Shown here piece by piece: positions 50,650 to 64,000 of a stretch of 64,000 bases of DNA. Position numbers and translations under genes: made by a program. Each line of letters opens with the position of its first letter. Within the stretch, counting starts at the first letter, position 1. Origin of the DNA: the human T2T-CHM13v2.0 reference genome, Homo sapiens. The stretch lies in NCBI RefSeq assembly GCF_009914755.1, contig NC_060935.1; one strand, 5' to 3'. The notes under the pieces are model-generated. The model had not been told where the DNA came from and did not search any database. It saw only the letters and a program-made list of their open reading frames with translations.

Positions 50650-51270
50650 GGTTTTATATTTACCCTTATTTTACAGACGGGGAAACTGAGTCTCAGAATG
50701 AAGCAAGGACTTATCCAAGGTTACGCTGAGTCTAAGAGACATAAGCCTGGTCTGGAATCCTGGGCTTGTGGTCAGCTCCCCGTTCCTCGCCGCTCCCACC
50801 TCCCAGCCTGCCCTTTTCCCACGCTCTCTCCTTTTTTCTCTGGAAGCCTCCAGAGGCGCCTGCCATTTGGGAGCTCCTCTTCCTCTTCACTCTGTGAAAA
50901 CTCTCAGATCCACCCCTAAACCTGTTTTCCTGTAAGAGGATAGGGAGGAGGCGAAGGGAAACTTACCTATTGGTCCTTGTCCTAGGACCCTCCGATTTCC
51001 TTTCCCATAGAAGCTAGGCAGATGTGTCTTTGTTGGAAACTGGAGATCAGAGGCCAGAAAGGCAACACAGGTATAGTGGTCACTAGCATGGGCTCTAGAA
51101 AAAAATGCTCGGATTTCAATCCTGACGATCATTTACTTTTGACCTTGAGCAAGTTAATCTCTAAGTGCCTGGCGTCATGGTTTTTGAGACAATTACATAA
51201 GGTAAATGCAAGTACAGGTAAAACAATGAGAATACTGCCTGGAACATGGAAATCACTCAGTAAATATTAC
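50650..51270. mobile_element. Two MIR remnants upstream of the promoter (- at about 50650-50770; + at about 51070-51270)
   Basis: ATTTTACAGACGGGGAAACTGAGTCTCAG; TGACCTTGAGCAAGTTAATCTCTAAGTGCCT...CTCAGTAAATATTA. Confidence 0.75.
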
Positions 51271-51273
51271 AGA

Positions 51274-54209
<2,936 letters not shown>

Positions 54210-54611
54210 AGATTTAATGTTTAAATCCACTCCCACTCTTACTAGCTGTGTAAGCTGGGGTACATCAGTTAAACACTCTGAAATGAGAAGAGTCATTCTG
54301 ACCCCTCACAGAATTGCACTGAAGATTCATAAATTAATGGAAAAAGGAATTTTTAAAATCTGGGACATAATATACTTTTAATAAGTGGCAATCTGGGACA
54401 CCCATTTTAGCATGAGGAACATGAGAGAGCAAGTGGACATCTGAGGGAACATAACTCCAGGAGAGGGTGTGCGGCAGAGTGTGCCTGGAGTGTTCATGGA
54501 GCAATAAGGAAGCCAGGGTGGCTGGAGAGGGTTAGGGTGGGGAGGATTGGTGGAAGATGGTAGAAGGTGTGGTGGAGTTGGCTTGCAATTCAAAAACATC
54601 AATTTTCCCTT

Positions 54612-54962
54612 CCATAGTGTGTGGACCCGCCTCCTCAGGGACACTGCCCAGCCCTACTTGCATCCAGATGTGGCCATGTGACTAGTTCTCAACAATGGAA
54701 TGTGTGTAGGACTTTATGTATGTCACTGCTAGGTCAGGGCACTTAAGAAGCAGATTAGACTTCTCCCTTCTTTCTATTTTTGCCTTCTACCAGCTAGAAT
54801 TAGAAGATTCTGAGGCTCTAAGTAATGGTAAAGCACATGGAGGAAAGGCTCCAGCTGACCAAGAATACCCACACTGGACTGTCCTGTGAACAAAAAATAA
54901 ACTTCAGTTGTGTGAAGCCACTGGTACTGTGGGGTTTATTTGTTACAACAGCTAGTATTAAC
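54612..54962 (+). mobile_element. MLT1 (I/J-like) MaLR LTR within L2 remnants
   Basis: GTGGCCATGTGACTAGTTCT...AATGGAATGTG; AATAAACTTCAGTTGTGTGAAGCCACTG...TTTGTTACAACAGC. Confidence 0.75.
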
Positions 54963-55202
54963 CATCACCAAAGTAGATGTTGGGTAAGAGGATAAATCAT
55001 GGAGAGCCTTGTAGGCACACTGGAAAGATTTTGCCATTGTCTGAATAAAATGAGAAATCACCGGAGAGTTTTGAGCAAAGGAGTGACACAATCTGACAGC
55101 TTAAAAAGAAACACGTAGCACTGTTTTAAGAACTTTACATATATTAACTCTAACTGGAATTTACCCCCGGACTCTAGCTTTATATACCCAACTGACTTGT
55201 CA

Positions 55203-59832
<4,630 letters not shown>

Positions 59833-60083
59833 TTATTCCCATCAGTTTGAGAGCCAAGAGCTTCCTAGGAAAGGCTGGATGATATAATGAAGGGAAGTGA
59901 ACGGCACTTGGACCAGATCCCAAAAGGAAGATATATTTAGCCATCTAAATAGCTGAGCTGAGCTCTTAAAAGCTTTGGGGAATAAAATAATTGTTCTATA
60001 TTTTGATTGCATGGTGATTACACGATTATGTTTTCCAAAACCTATAGAACTGTATATTATAGGAAGCAAAGCATCTTTTAGCT

Positions 60084-60157
60084 GCCTCCTTAGTGCAGTA
60101 GGTAGCGCATCAGTCTCAAAATCTGAATGGTCCTGAGTTCAAGCCTCAGAGGGGGCA
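60084..60157 (+). tRNA. TRL-CAA6-1: tRNA gene/pseudogene with CAA (Leu) anticodon on an elongator tRNA-Met body
   Basis: Cloverleaf: acceptor GCCTCCT/AGGGGGC plus discriminator A; anticodon arm TCAGT-CT-CAA-AA-TCTGA (CAA at 60117-60119); T-arm CTGAG-TTCAAGC-CTCAG; short variable loop; T5 run at about 60207-60211. The gene symbol is from memory. Confidence 0.85.
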
Positions 60158-60219
60158 AGGTCACCTTATTAAGCTGGCGAAGGAACGCAAGCTTGCCTGT
60201 GTTATATTTTTGAGACAGA

Positions 60220-64000
<3,781 letters not shown>

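Overview
Primate (almost certainly human) genomic DNA, recognised as the 5' end of DENND5A (RAB6IP1, 11p15.4). The only supportable protein-coding sequence is the 109-nt coding part of exon 1 on the minus strand (49914-49806, [36 protein letters not shown]), inside a CpG-island promoter at about 49570-50530. Bases 1-49805 are intron 1 and bases above about 50250 are upstream intergenic DNA. The window is extremely Alu-rich (about 100 elements or fragments by eye, roughly 40-50% of bases). It also carries HAL1, L1, L2 and MIR remnants, several solo LTRs (MER21, MER31, MLT1C, MER9, MSTC, MER39, MER4, MLT1, MLT2) and DNA-transposon relics (MER5A, Tigger2a). Nearly all ORFs in the supplied track are Alu or repeat artefacts. 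I found no convincing new multi-gene system. The most notable items are: a tRNA-Met-bodied gene with a CAA (Leu) anticodon; a 33-aa uORF in the DENND5A leader; a consensus-perfect AluYb8 near the promoter; two template-switch inverted duplications, one a 47-bp hairpin split at its apex by a headless, tailless Alu; a 130-bp duplication making a three-arm Alu; repeated reuse of retrotransposon target sites; and candidate poison-exon and recursive splice signals in intron 1. Repeat subfamily names come from my recall of consensus sequences, not from a search, and repeat boundaries are approximate unless target-site duplications (TSDs) are quoted.
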